This document shows positions 40,051 to 51,731 of a stretch of DNA of 64,000 nucleotides, piece after piece. Location: the NCBI GenBank assembly GCA_030141605.1, contig JAQGDQ010000329.1:62001-126000 (forward strand), given 5' to 3'. The position numbers and the translations under genes were made by a program. Every line of letters begins with the position of its first letter. The stretch's first letter is position 1. The notes below the pieces were generated by a model. That model did not search any database, was not told the DNA's origin, and was given only the letters and a program-made list of their open reading frames with translations. This stretch comes from Tubiluchus corallicola. Lineage: Eukaryota > Animalia > Priapulida.

Positions 40051-40221
40051 CTAGCCAAGTTTTCTATTCAAAATGTCCCACGAGGGCAAAATTAAATCAC
40101 CATTCTGTATACTAAGTGTAAAAACTTCATACGAAGTAAATAAAGATGTCCTCCAAAAATGGAGTGAAACTAATATTCCACATACCTTCCCCAAAGTATG
40201 AGGAGAGAAAAACAAGTCTGT
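40051..40221 (+). repeat. Segmental duplicate of ~62107-62285
   Basis: ctag(c/t)caagttttctattcaaaatgtccca...gaggagagaaaaacaagt shared. Confidence 0.9.
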
Positions 40222-40240
40222 NNNNNNNNNNNNNNNNNNN

Positions 40241-40327
40241 CGGCATGTTCCTGACCTCCACGTGGTGTCGCGCGGGCAACAGATGATGGACCCGAGGGTT
40301 ATCAAATGATTCTGGCTGACTAGGAAC
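40241..40327 (+). ncRNA. HDV-like self-cleaving ribozyme at the LINE 5' end
   Basis: P1 [NNN]cggc/gtcgcgc; P2 gttcctg/taggaac; P3 acc/ggt; L3 tccacgt; P1.1 cc/gg; gcaac J1.1/4; P4 hairpin cag..tgat..accc/gggt..atca..ctg; J4/2 gctgac with putative catalytic C at 40316. Confidence 0.88.
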
Positions 40328-40838
40328 ACCCTGGCTGCTGGGGAATGAACAAGGATGGGGCGTGGTGGGAGAATTAGGAACTCAGGAACAAGCGAAAGCG
40401 AGAAGCCTGTTTTCTCCGAAGTCTTCCCCATTCCGTAATCTGAGTCTGTCCTCCAAAGGCCACCGGCTGTCATGAACCTTGTCTCTAAAGGCGGGGGAGG
40501 GAAAGGAACCTATGACGGAATCTCATCGTGAAGGAGGGTACAGGTCTAAAACGCGCTCCGTGCCGCGGCCACGAGGTAGTTCTAGAGGCCCGCTCCTGGT
40601 CTAGCCACCTGGGAGGGCTGCCTCCGTCAACTCGTGAAAATCTCCTCGCACTCGTAGCTCCAGTTGGCGACTGGATAGGGGCCTGCGAGTGCGTTGGGGG
40701 GGCATTCCCGAGGCCACCTTTCGTTGACAAGTCCGTCAGTACTAGGTCCCTGATCTCTTCCGGTCGGAGGGGGCTGGTGAGTGCCAGTCGGCTCCTGGGT
40801 TGGAGTTTACCCGCTTTAAAAACCAACAAACTTATGAA

Positions 40839-42200
40839 ATGAACGAGAAAGAAAAATCGAGTCCAGCACGGCTCCCTACCCTAACAAAATTAAAACCTGC
40901 TGGGAACAAGCCGGTGAAAGCCGGATCTTCCCGTCATCAAAATTTAAACGAAGCTGCAGGGAACAAGCCGGTGAAAGCCGGATCTTCCCGTGAACCAGAT
41001 TTGAAACCAGAACAGCCGAAAATTACGGAGTTCTTGGAAGAAACGAAAACTGAGGACATGCAAGTCTCTGAAAAAGGGAATCCATGGACTACAAAGACCA
41101 GTAAAGGTTCGGCATCGTCAGAGTATACTCTGAACACCGTACCTGCCGCAGAAGGAGTAGATACCCGGAATCCTGGTGCTCCAAATGAGCCCAGCAAGCC
41201 CGAGGAATCGAAACCGATGGGGAAAAATCATGAAAAAAACCGGCGGAAGAAGGAAAAGAGACGACTTCTGAAAGGTGTGTCGGCTATGTCGATCGCCAAT
41301 CAGGAGGAGGCTCCCACTCCTAACCCATCGGTGGTGAAAAAGAGAACGAGCAGCGCTCTCTCAACTCCAAGTCCGATCTCGAACGTGAAGCGACCCCGGG
41401 GTGACTCCGGGCAAGCGGGGCGTAAGGGAGAGGAAGGTCAAAAGGGTGAAGGCACAGAAGGAAGCAGTAAGGCCTCATACGCCAAGGCTGTGAAGTCTGG
41501 CGGCCAACACCTTAAAATTACAAAAAAGGACGCGGGAGAAGACCCTCTGGACGGCTCGGATTTACGGGCAATACAGTCGGGGATCAACCGTGTCCTTCTC
41601 AGAACGGATCCGGGGTTTCTTGTCCGCATTGAGAGGACCTACCTACATGAAGGTAAAGTCCATGTCGTGTGCAAGGACGAGAAAACCCTGGAGTGGGCAA
41701 AACAGCTTGTCCTGGACATTGAAAACCCATCTGTGGGCCACCCGGGGTACGAGGCGAGAGGACCGAAAGATCTTCCGCCAGCAAGGACCTTCGGGGTTTG
41801 GATTCCGGATGAGGATGATATCAAAATCGAGGATCTGCTGATGTTGGTGGACCGATGTAATTCGGAACTCCAACGGAAGCACATGGAGGTCCGCGGTGGG
41901 TCAAAAGGGGTCGGCGGAATGCTACACGTAGTAGCGGTCTGGGACCCGTCCCTGTCAGGTCTGGAACGACTGGAGTTTGCTCCGTACGCCGGATGCAAAC
42001 GAGTCACGTTCCAGTCCAAAAAGAAAAAGAAAAACCAAGGGAAAGCCAAGGAACCGGAAACACCTGTTCAAACGGTGGATAAGGGTCCAGAAGTGAGTAC
42101 CGAGGGTGGAAACACCCCCGACGTTGCCACTGGAACAAAGGAGCTGCCGTCTGTCGAGCAATCGCAGATGAAGGCACCCGAGTCCAGTATGGAAACGTAA
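40839..42200 (+). CDS. LINE ORF1 (gag-like, basic, LOA/DUF4780-type C-terminal region)
   Basis: Uninterrupted ORF with first ATG at 40839; lysine-rich NLS-like stretches, SYAKAVK, ...LEFAPYAGCKRVTF; ends 12 nt before ORF2. Confidence 0.82.
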   Translation: MNEKEKSSPARLPTLTKLKPAGNKPVKAGSSRHQNLNEAAGNKPVKAGSSREPDLKPEQPKITEFLEETKTEDMQVSEKGNPWTTKTSKGSASSEYTLNTVPAAEGVDTRNPGAPNEPSKPEESKPMGKNHEKNRRKKEKRRLLKGVSAMSIANQEEAPTPNPSVVKKRTSSALSTPSPISNVKRPRGDSGQAGRKGEEGQKGEGTEGSSKASYAKAVKSGGQHLKITKKDAGEDPLDGSDLRAIQSGINRVLLRTDPGFLVRIERTYLHEGKVHVVCKDEKTLEWAKQLVLDIENPSVGHPGYEARGPKDLPPARTFGVWIPDEDDIKIEDLLMLVDRCNSELQRKHMEVRGGSKGVGGMLHVVAVWDPSLSGLERLEFAPYAGCKRVTFQSKKKKKNQGKAKEPETPVQTVDKGPEVSTEGGNTPDVATGTKELPSVEQSQMKAPESSMET

Positions 42201-42212
42201 ATACAGAAAAGT

Positions 42213-45200
42213 ATGGGAACAGGGGCTAAAGTAAAATCCCGGCCGCAGACAGTCTTCGGTGGAAATACCCACGGTAGATTGAATGTTATTTCCGGGGACA
42301 ATTTGGATAAAATAGGTGAGAAGCCAGCACAAAGTGTCTCTGGTATTGAGTGCTGGCAAATCAATCTTCACAAAAGCAAAGCTGCGAGTTACAACTTGCA
42401 GGATGTTGTAAAACACATACGTACCGGGTTAGTCTTTGTACAGGAACCCTGGACGCACGGTGGGGAAGTTAGGGGTAAACTCCGAGGATGGGATCTGTTC
42501 CAGGGAAACCGGAATGGAGAAAGGCCTCGGGCGTGCATTTATGCCACTCCTAACCTAAAATGCTTTTTACTTCCAGTGTTCTCGAATACAGACATTGTGG
42601 TGGTTAAAGCAAAAAATGTGTGCCGGGATGGAGATGAGTTCATTTTCGCCTCGGCATACATGGTGCATGATCAACCGGCTCCCCCTATGTTACTCAGGGA
42701 ACTGATATCATTCGGGGACGGTGATAAAACTCCAATTATTGTGGGGACTGATGCTAATGCGCATCATACGTTATGGGGTTCCACCGATGTCAACGACAGG
42801 GGTGAGGAACTCTTGGAGTATTGTGCAAGCGCTAATCTTGAGTTCTGTAATGTTGGCCGTAAACCAACGTTCCGAACAAAAGCAAGAGAAGAGGTGCTAG
42901 ACTTGACACTGAGGAATCTGCATGCAGGGGACATAGTATGCGATTGGTATGTCAGTGACGTGCCATCGCTGTCTGACCACATGTATATAAGATTCCTAGT
43001 GAAAAGCAGTATTTCAAAAGAAAACCCACTTATCAGGAACATCCGCCGTACTTGCTGGGAAAAGTATGCGGAAGAACTTGAGCATAAACTTCCAGAACTG
43101 AACCGGGAATACAAGGTGTCCTCCAATGAGGATATTGAGGATTTGGCTGATGAAGTTCAGGCTGCTGTTATTCATTCTTATGAAACTGCTTGCCCATTAC
43201 GTAGGCAGAGGAAGAAGGATGGGAACAAATGGTGGAATCCGGAGCTAAGCCGTCTCCGCAAGGAGGCGCGCAGGGCTTGCAGGAGAGCCACTAAGACTAA
43301 AAATCAACGAGACTGGGAAACAAGAAAGCTAACCCAGTCTATATTCAAAAACGCCGTCCGGAAGGCGAAACGCCAATCCTGGCGGAGTTTCACGGAAAAG
43401 ATGGAAGATCAGGCACCAACTGCTAGGTTGGTAAAGGTCCTCCGCCGAAATAAAGCAGCGCAATTAAGCTGTGTGTATAAAGAAGACGGTAAATTAACCA
43501 GTTCACCGGAGGAAACTTTAAACCGGCTCCTCGACACCCTATCACCAGGGAGTCGAGTAACGGAACCAGACACATCCACGGACTTGCCTGTTTGCGCGAC
43601 CGTGGATGAGGAATTCATCGCTTCCATTTGCTCGGAAGAACGAGTGAAAGCGGCACTGTTTGAATTCCAACCTTTCAAGGCTCCGGGACCGGATGGTATA
43701 TATCCAGTCCTGTTGCAGAAAGGATGGAAATACATTAAAAAACACTACCTCATGCTTTTCCAGACATGTCTCAGGTATGGTTATGTACCGAGATCCTGGA
43801 AGGAAGGGAAAGGAGTATTTTTGCCGAAACCCGGAAAGAATAGCTATTTAGAAGTCAAGTCTTTCCGGATGATAACATTAACGTCATTTCAACTGAAATG
43901 GTTGGAGAGAATAGTCCTCTATCAATTGAACGAGGATACTGAATTACAAGCAAGACTATCCAATGTGCAGTATGGCTTCCGCGCAGGCGTTTCCACGGAA
44001 ACTGCTCTGCACGAGTATGTACAGCGTATTGAACGTAGTCTTGCTAAAAAGAAGCTCTCACTAGGTGTCTTTTTGGATATTGTTGGGGCATTTGATAACG
44101 TTTCTTTTAATAGCATATCCGCCGCATTGCTTGAACTTGAGGTATCGCCAGTTCTTATCCGCTGGATTGAGAACATGGTAAGGTGCCGTACGGTCCAAGT
44201 AGAGCTGTGTGATGCCACGGTAAAGAGGGAAGTAGTAAAGGGAAACCCCCAAGGCGGAATACTGTCTCCCTTGCTATGGAACTGTGTATTGAACTCTCTG
44301 CTTAGGGAATTTGAAGAAAATGGAATTTATGCACAAGCCTATGCCGACGACCTGGCAGTACTAATAGCTAGTGCGAACGTATCGACGGTCAGAAGGAGGG
44401 CGCAAAATGTAATTAACATTGCTGCTGACTGGTCCAGGAAAACTGAACTAGAATTCAGCAGTAGTAAGACCGAAGTAATCATGTTCACAAACAAGAGAAA
44501 TCCAAATATTGGGGATCTCTGGATGAATGGACAGAAGCTCCAACTCTCCAATGAAGCGAAACTGCTAGGGGTAACCCTAGACAGTAAACTGACTTGGAAG
44601 AGCCATATAACACGGGTCACCAACAAAGCGACGGCGGCACTTATGCAATGCAGACAAATTGTTGGTAAAACGTGGGGTATCCAACCGCGGATCATGAAAT
44701 GGATATACACGGCAATGGTGCATCCTTTCATGACGTATGCGTGTGTGTCCTGGGTCAGCGGGTTGGAAAAAATGTACCTCAGGAAAATGCTCCAGAAAGT
44801 ACAGAGATTAGCATGCTTAATGATTTCTTCAGCGTTCCCAAGTACTCCTACCGGTGCATTGGAGATGTTGTTGAATATCACACCAATAGATGAGTTCATT
44901 CGGTCGGAGGCGGTCCGAGGGTCATACCGTATAGATACGGCGGGGCTCTGGACAGCGAAGACCGTGGGAACTTTTGGTAAGTCTAAAAGTCATATCGATG
45001 TGTGCAATAGCTATAGGCGCGACCTCCAACTGTTGCATATGCCGGGTGATTTAAGAAAAAGAACACGCGTGTTCGAAAGAAATTTCGAATGCCAGATTCA
45101 GGAAAGAGAAATCGCTATCAAATCGGAAGGCGAAATGGATAGGAACTGTTTCAGGTGTTATACCGATGGTTCCAAACTGGGCGGAACGATCGGTGCAGGT

Positions 45201-46010
45201 ATACGTATCGAGTATCCGACTGAGTCCAGAGTATTGGAGGAGTTCTTCTATCTTGGGAAATTGAGTACTGTTTTCCAGGCAGAAGTTTTCGCCATCTCAC
45301 AAGCGGCGGAGATAATGTCTTCGGAAGGACTCCAGAATCAATCAATAGTCATCCTGTCAGACAGCCAGGCGGCTATTAAAGCTATTGAAAACAATACAGT
45401 AAAATCTATCTCGGTTTTACGTTGTGTTGAAAACTTGAACATACTTGGAAAAAGAAACCGAGTCTTGGTTACATGGATTCCTGGACACGAAGGAGTACAT
45501 GGTAACGAAGAGGCGGACAAGCTTGCTAAAAAGGGATCTGAGCTCTCTCCGGAGGGACCAGAACCCTATCTGCCCGTCCCTTACGCTAGCTGTGTCTACG
45601 CGATTAAGGGATGGAGTCTAAAACGATGGTAAACGTCGTGGAATAATCGTGAGGACTGCAAGAGAACAAAGGAACATGTGGGCTGGGCCTCGGCCCGAGT
45701 CTGCAATAGGCTCCTGAGTCTCAGTAGAACTCAACTCAACATGGTTATACAGGTCCTAACCGGACACTGTAATCTCCAAAAACATAAAAAAACCACTTGT
45801 CGAGCACAATCCGCGATTTGCCCGAAATGTGGTCAGGAAGACGAAACACCGGACCATCACGTGGGACGATGCACCGCCTACCAGGGTGCTCGTATCAAAT
45901 GTCTGGGAAATAAAAATACAACACTTAGAGCAGTTGTAGAGAACTTAAACCTGAAAAAACTAGCGGCGTATCTGAAGCAAGCTGGAAGGCTTGCCGAGTA
46001 CGACCAATAG
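42213..46010 (+). CDS. LINE ORF2: APE endonuclease, RT, RNase H and C-terminal Cys/His knuckle, with one in-frame TAA at 45630-45632
   Basis: QINLH, VQEPW, DANAHH..WGS, SDH; KAPGPDG, QYGFR, FLDIVGAFD, PQGGILSP, YADD, LLG; RNase H YTDGSK, QAE, SDSQ, WIPGH.G..GNE.AD; CPKC...ETPDH...C continues in the same frame after the stop. Confidence 0.95.
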
Positions 46011-46125
46011 ACGCATAGCAGTGAATAATTGCAATGGCCCTGTCGAAGGCCTCAGCAATGTGTCGGGGGGTGGGATTTTTCCATCCTATACAATCTCCCC
46101 GACACCACTGCCCCCCTAAACTAAA

Positions 46126-47140
46126 CATGTGTGTAAGGCACATATGCATGGTCTGTATGTGCGTGTACATGCGTGCATATTTATTTATACATCTAATAAG
46201 GTATACAACTTAAAATGCACCCGTAAAGTTCAAAAGTTAAATGTTTATATAACATACATCTGCCACATCATTTATTAACACTAATGAAAGGTATAAGCAC
46301 ATCACAAAAGAGCTAAAGTGAGATACCTGTGAAAAAATATAGCTAAAATATCTAAAACAGGTTCTAAATAATGCACAGTGCATTTAGCTGGGTTGACAAA
46401 ACTTCCTATTTAAGAGAAATTCTGGCTACAGGGTAAAGTCTTTAGCTTGCAGTTCTATAAATGCGAGGCTGCATTTCATGAATCTGCAGAAAGTCTTGAG
46501 ATTTTATGAATAACCGTTAGTAACACGGAGAATGATCATACTAGAAAAGTAATCAACTAATGCATATAATTAAAAATATTTTAAAATGTGACACTAATTT
46601 AGGAATTTGTAACTACAGGCCAATACACTTCTATACACATAGTAAAATAAGCTACAGCATTTGTTTTCATAATAAGTGAGAGTATGGCGTTTTACAAGCA
46701 TCAGCTTGGCAAGTAATCTGCCACTGAAAGCTAAAAGCCAGGTTGCACAGTGCCACACTATTTTAGAGATGGTACTTTACGGGTACTACTAAATGCTCTT
46801 TACTACAGTCCAATCATCTTTTGTAATCAAAGATCAGCACAGCACAGTAATTTATGGACACACACTATTACATAATGTAAACAGCTGATTGGCCAGAGTG
46901 TGTTTTTAGTGGTCGAGCTCAAGCAACGTCGTGACTGGTCAGTGAATGGATGGGTGACCAACAAGTCTGACCTATATTTATTTTAGTTTAATTTGCAATA
47001 CAGATTCTGGCTGTTTATCACTATCAGTGCACATAGACATTAACACACAAACATAATGTCAAATATACTTATCTGTCTTATTTCGTTTATTAAAGAAATA
47101 TCGTAAAATGACAGCAGAGTTGAATTCATATTTCCCATTT
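46126..47140 (+). repeat. Segmental duplicate of ~62290-62510 plus 63130-64000
   Basis: Long, highly similar collinear sequence. Confidence 0.93.
46912..46959 (+). repeat. 5S rRNA-derived fragment (SINE3-like head); second copy ~63770-63817
   Basis: cgagctcaagcaacgtcgtgactggtcagtgaatggatgggtgacc resembles the 5S internal control region (box A, IE, box C tggatgggtgacc); not a full 5S gene. Confidence 0.55.
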
Positions 47141-49172
47141 TGCTTGTTTACTATGGTTAGTCAAAGAAGAACTCTTAACAATGAAACTACTTGACAAAAT
47201 TTAATACAGAAATTTTAATTCATTTTGTACATAGGGCCTGAAACATAAGTTTGCAGATTAGCAATATACAGTAGAACGAATTACGTTTGGTCATAATAAG
47301 TCAACCATTAATTTGATAGTCTTCATATAAGAGTTTGCAAAAAAGTTACAAATTACTTTTACAATTACATATGTGCACATGTGAAGGATATTTACCTAAA
47401 AAGCATTAAATCTTCTCAGTTATGAACGTTAATGTTGGCGAGCCAAAAACCATTCAATATTTCTTTTGGATTTCTTCTTTAAACAATACAGTACCTAAAC
47501 TTGTACATAGGTTCAAAACCTCTTGGCACTGAAAGTTATAATGTTGCTATCCATTCTTCTGCCACCTACAACAATCCCTATTATTTAACTTATCTAGTGA
47601 TCTAAAAAATAACAAAATCTTAAAGCAACTGTTTTTTACAATAGCAAAGAAAAATTCTAGACATTACAACCATATGCATAATTTGCTGCTGTAGAATGTG
47701 TAAAAAATTCACAAAACATGTTTCAGCACGCACAATGTTTAGCACCCAGTCTTGACTAACCTAGTGAAAACTATGTTACAGTCAAAATAACCATATAATT
47801 ACTGAAACAGCCAAACAAAAATTAAAACATATGTATGCAAAACTGTACATTATTTCAAAATCATAAAGAAAGAAAATAGATTTCAATAAAATGTCTAAAA
47901 ATGAATGACATCATCTCTGAAATTTTCTCTAATAAAAGCACATCCGTATAAAATCTTGAAAGCTGCAGATGGAAAAGTAAGTTTTCCATGAATGTAAATC
48001 GTTCGACAATTGTTAAAACTGATATTAAAACAACACTCTTATAGATGTATATTATAAGCAAAAATAGTGAAAATATTCAAGTAAGAATAGTAAATAAAAT
48101 GTATAAACAAAACGAAATCTAATTGCGGCACAGTCACGTTATGAATTTGACTGGTTTGCATAATTGGTAACTACAATTGTACATAGAGATTCAGTTTCAA
48201 TGTAACAAGAACTTGATTCTTTTAATGAAAACAAAAAGAGAGACAGCAAACTGGTAAATGGCTCACTTTCAAAAATGTTTTTTGCATCACAGTACCTGAC
48301 AAAGAGTTTTTACTTTTTCCAAGTAATTACTTTTATGCATCTCAGCTGCATTTTCTGAATATTGTGCGTGATTCTATCCCTATAATTTATTTTAAGAGTT
48401 TTATTTGTTAAGGATATGTAAACATTAGCTGATACCACAGTAATAAAAAAATTAAATTAAAAAAATAATTTTTCATTTCTAGTACTTATTTACTACTAAT
48501 AATAATTTATTAAATTTAATAAAAATAAAATCTTCCCAGAGTAATAAGGGTCATAGTTCATCATGTTCTACTTTGCTGACATCGTCTGAAGCTTGAGGAT
48601 CAAACAACCACGGAAACAACATGACGAAGCTGTCTGCACTCACATCATACAACTCCTGCCAGCTGATGCTGCCATCTTCATTCGAATCTAGGAAGCTAAA
48701 AACCTGAAATTAAAAACCCTCCGATGTTTTCAAAATAGTTACCTAGGAAAAATATGAAGGCAAACACTAACTATCAGAATAAACTTGGTAGAACTTCTTT
48801 TGTCTATTTGGACAGAAACTTACATTTGCTCAAATTTAACAGCAATAAAAAGTAAACTTATTGTTGTATAAATGCCAGGCAACAATAGTCATCTACGCAT
48901 AAAGACACACCTTGATTATAAACAATAGAACATATAATAAAAGGATAAAGGCACTCGTTTTTTTGTTATATTTTTAGTTTTATCCAGGGGAAAAGGGGAA
49001 TAATATTAATGATTAAGAACTCTTTATTAAGACCAATAATAATGAATATCATTGAACAAACCACAGCATTAAATAATTTATAAATAGTGTATAATTATAT
49101 ATATAGTTATATAAATTTTGTATATATAATATATATATAAATAATTATATATAATTATATAAATTATATATA

Positions 49173-49318
49173 TATAAATTTTGATGAGTGGTTTTTCTTC
49201 TGGTTGAAAAAATACATATACATATACACATACGCATATATATATATATATATATGCGTATGTGTATATGTATATGTATTTTTTCAACCAGAAGAAAAAC
49301 CACTCATCAAAATTTATA
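49173..49318. repeat. Perfect 146-bp palindrome centred on (AT)n
   Basis: tataaattttgatgagtggtttttcttctggttgaaaaaatacat...atgtattttttcaaccagaagaaaaaccactcatcaaaatttata. Confidence 0.95.
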
Positions 49319-51650
49319 CAAAACGAACCTTCCGCAATTGTTTTCGACTTCCCAAAAACGATAAATAGATATTCCAAAAATCAATTTCTGAAATCTGTGT
49401 ATAATTTTCAGCTTTCAGAAGAAGATCAGCTCTGAAAACAGTGAAAAATAAACTAGTTTACAAAAATTATAATACAATATGCAATTTGACAGTTTCATAA
49501 AACAGTTTTAAGTACAGTAATAAATGTTTGCTGCATGCTTGTAGTGTTTGTTCAGCAACCAAAGTTAAGCAGCAATGGGAGCAATTAGATGTATACAGCA
49601 GACCACTAAAGACAACTAAATTCAACCATAAAGTTACCTTTTAATTGTTTCAAGAACCGTTGAAACTTTCAGAAAAGTTGGAACTCACACGAAAAAATTG
49701 AGGCTGGCAAGCCCAAATGTTGTTGCCTTTTCAGTTTTTGCCCATAGCCAATTTGTATTTAGTGACTATTAAATTACACACACACACACAATCAGTAGTA
49801 ATGGAGTGGCACACTCAGTAGGAAAGCCCACTTACTGTAATGAACGTAGCAGAACAGATAATCTACATCATTAAGAGGGATAATTGTTTAAAAGAAAACA
49901 AAACATAATCTACCCCATTTTGAAAAACGGCAAAAAATATACATTTTAACACTCATGATAATACCAAAGTGTTTCCAATAATTACATAATACATTAAAAC
50001 ACCATAATACAATTAACGATGCCTGTACCCAACTACTGATGACATCACAACTGAGCATATTGCAGATGTTTGCAAAAGCGAAAATTGAAGTACAAAGCTA
50101 CTATACAATATTCAGTGTGATACATAAGAATTATGCAAATTTAAAATTTAAAATTCAAATTGCAAGCTTACCGCTGTGCCCATGCATGACCTCTTGAATT
50201 TGTGTCTCACAAGAGAACACCGCTGAAATGAGAGGTACAACGCATTTCCGAAATGTAGCACTAGTGCCTGTCTAACTAGCGAATGGCGAAATACATGTAA
50301 CAATGAAGAACTATGAACACAGTTTCTACGGTAATAATTCTTAGGTCGCATAAGTCACTCTTGAAAAAACATTTTGTTAGGGTTAGGTTTCAACATTCTA
50401 TAGCGTAGCTTACTTTGAGTTACAGTTTAAGAATGAGTCTAGTTTCCTTCAGAATAACAAGATATGCAAACAAGAAGAAGATGTTATCAGATATATATAA
50501 ATATAATATATTATATACAGATTCTTGCCAGTTGGATAAATAGCCCAGAGGTAATATGGTAAGTAAAGCTGTTCAAAGATATTTTTCTTTGGTCGTCAGT
50601 TCATTTACTAACCAGGCCAGTGCTGCTAAACTTCAGTTGCTAAGCACACCCCTTGACCACTCAATTATTCCCCTCAATTTGCATTACTAAGTAAATATGT
50701 CACATTGAAAAGCTGATTTTAATCTGTGCAAACTTATATAAATTCCTAAGAAGCACTTTTAAAATAATACCACGAAAATTTTCAGACAAAAATGTCCCAC
50801 AAAAAAATTTCTTAGACCTCTTTCATTATAATAAATGCTGCAGCAAATATGTGTGCGCAGAAACATGAACACAATACTTTGTTTTTGTTTAGACTCGTAA
50901 CATATACACTTGTAAGAGTTAACGCATAAAATGAGCAATAAACTTGTTTCAGGCTTTTACTGATTCATCTTACTTTAATGGTTCATTAGACGACGAATAA
51001 GGAATCTTGTCCAAAGTTTCAAAATCTGGTAGATCTTTTCCCTTGCAGTCCAAAGCATCAAACCATATCAGCCTTGCAAACCAAATATTTATAGCAACAC
51101 TGCGACCAGGAGGCGTTCTTACATAATGAGGCCAACTATTTAAAAACAAAGTAATATATGCTAACCGGGCCCGTTTGTTATATTCGATTTGCTGCATTTA
51201 TTAATATACGTTATAAGTGAAATTTGCTGGTTTGTTTCTCTTTGAAATTTAATTAATTTTCAACTCACATATAACTGCAATTACACGGCACTTTCGTGGC
51301 GGGGGGGGAGGGAACTACATGCTTGGTCTTGGAAAAATTTAGGCTGAGAGTTCAGGTTCAGGCCATTTCACAAGTAGTGGTACAGTATCAGTCACGCACT
51401 GAGTGATCAGTACAATAAAATGGTCAACCAGTTTCAAACATACTGGAACGAGAGAGTTACTCATCTCATCCACTGTTCATTTACAATTGGCCTGATTTGC
51501 AAAAATTGGCCTTCGTTTTGCAACCGTAGTAATGGACATTGCAACACAGACCAGTAAACATCGTGAAGAAAATTTAAACAAAAGAAATAAAAACTGTTAA
51601 GAGGCTTTTGAATAATATAATTTTAGTTTTGCATTATAAAAGCATATTTC

Positions 51651-51651
<1 letters not shown>

Positions 51652-51728
<77 letters not shown>
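51652..51728. repeat. (CA)n microsatellite
   Basis: Visible directly. Confidence 0.97.

Positions 51729-51731
<3 letters not shown>

Larger units (their letters stand above)
40241..46125 (+). mobile_element. Near-intact LOA-like non-LTR retrotransposon (APE-RT-RNase H)
   Basis: GC-rich relative to host; 5' ribozyme, ~500-nt 5' UTR, ORF1, ORF2, structured 3' UTR and TAAAC-TAAAC tail; flanks match an empty paralogous site at ~62290. Confidence 0.93.

Noticed and set aside
40485-45520. Many antisense and alternate-frame ORFs over the LOA-like LINE (and over 30048-34185)
   Set aside because: Shadow ORFs of the retrotransposon coding strands
47395-47566. AG...GT-bounded candidate exon on the minus strand (also 49638-49765)
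   Set aside because: Stops or phase mismatch in the usable frames, with no recognisable motif
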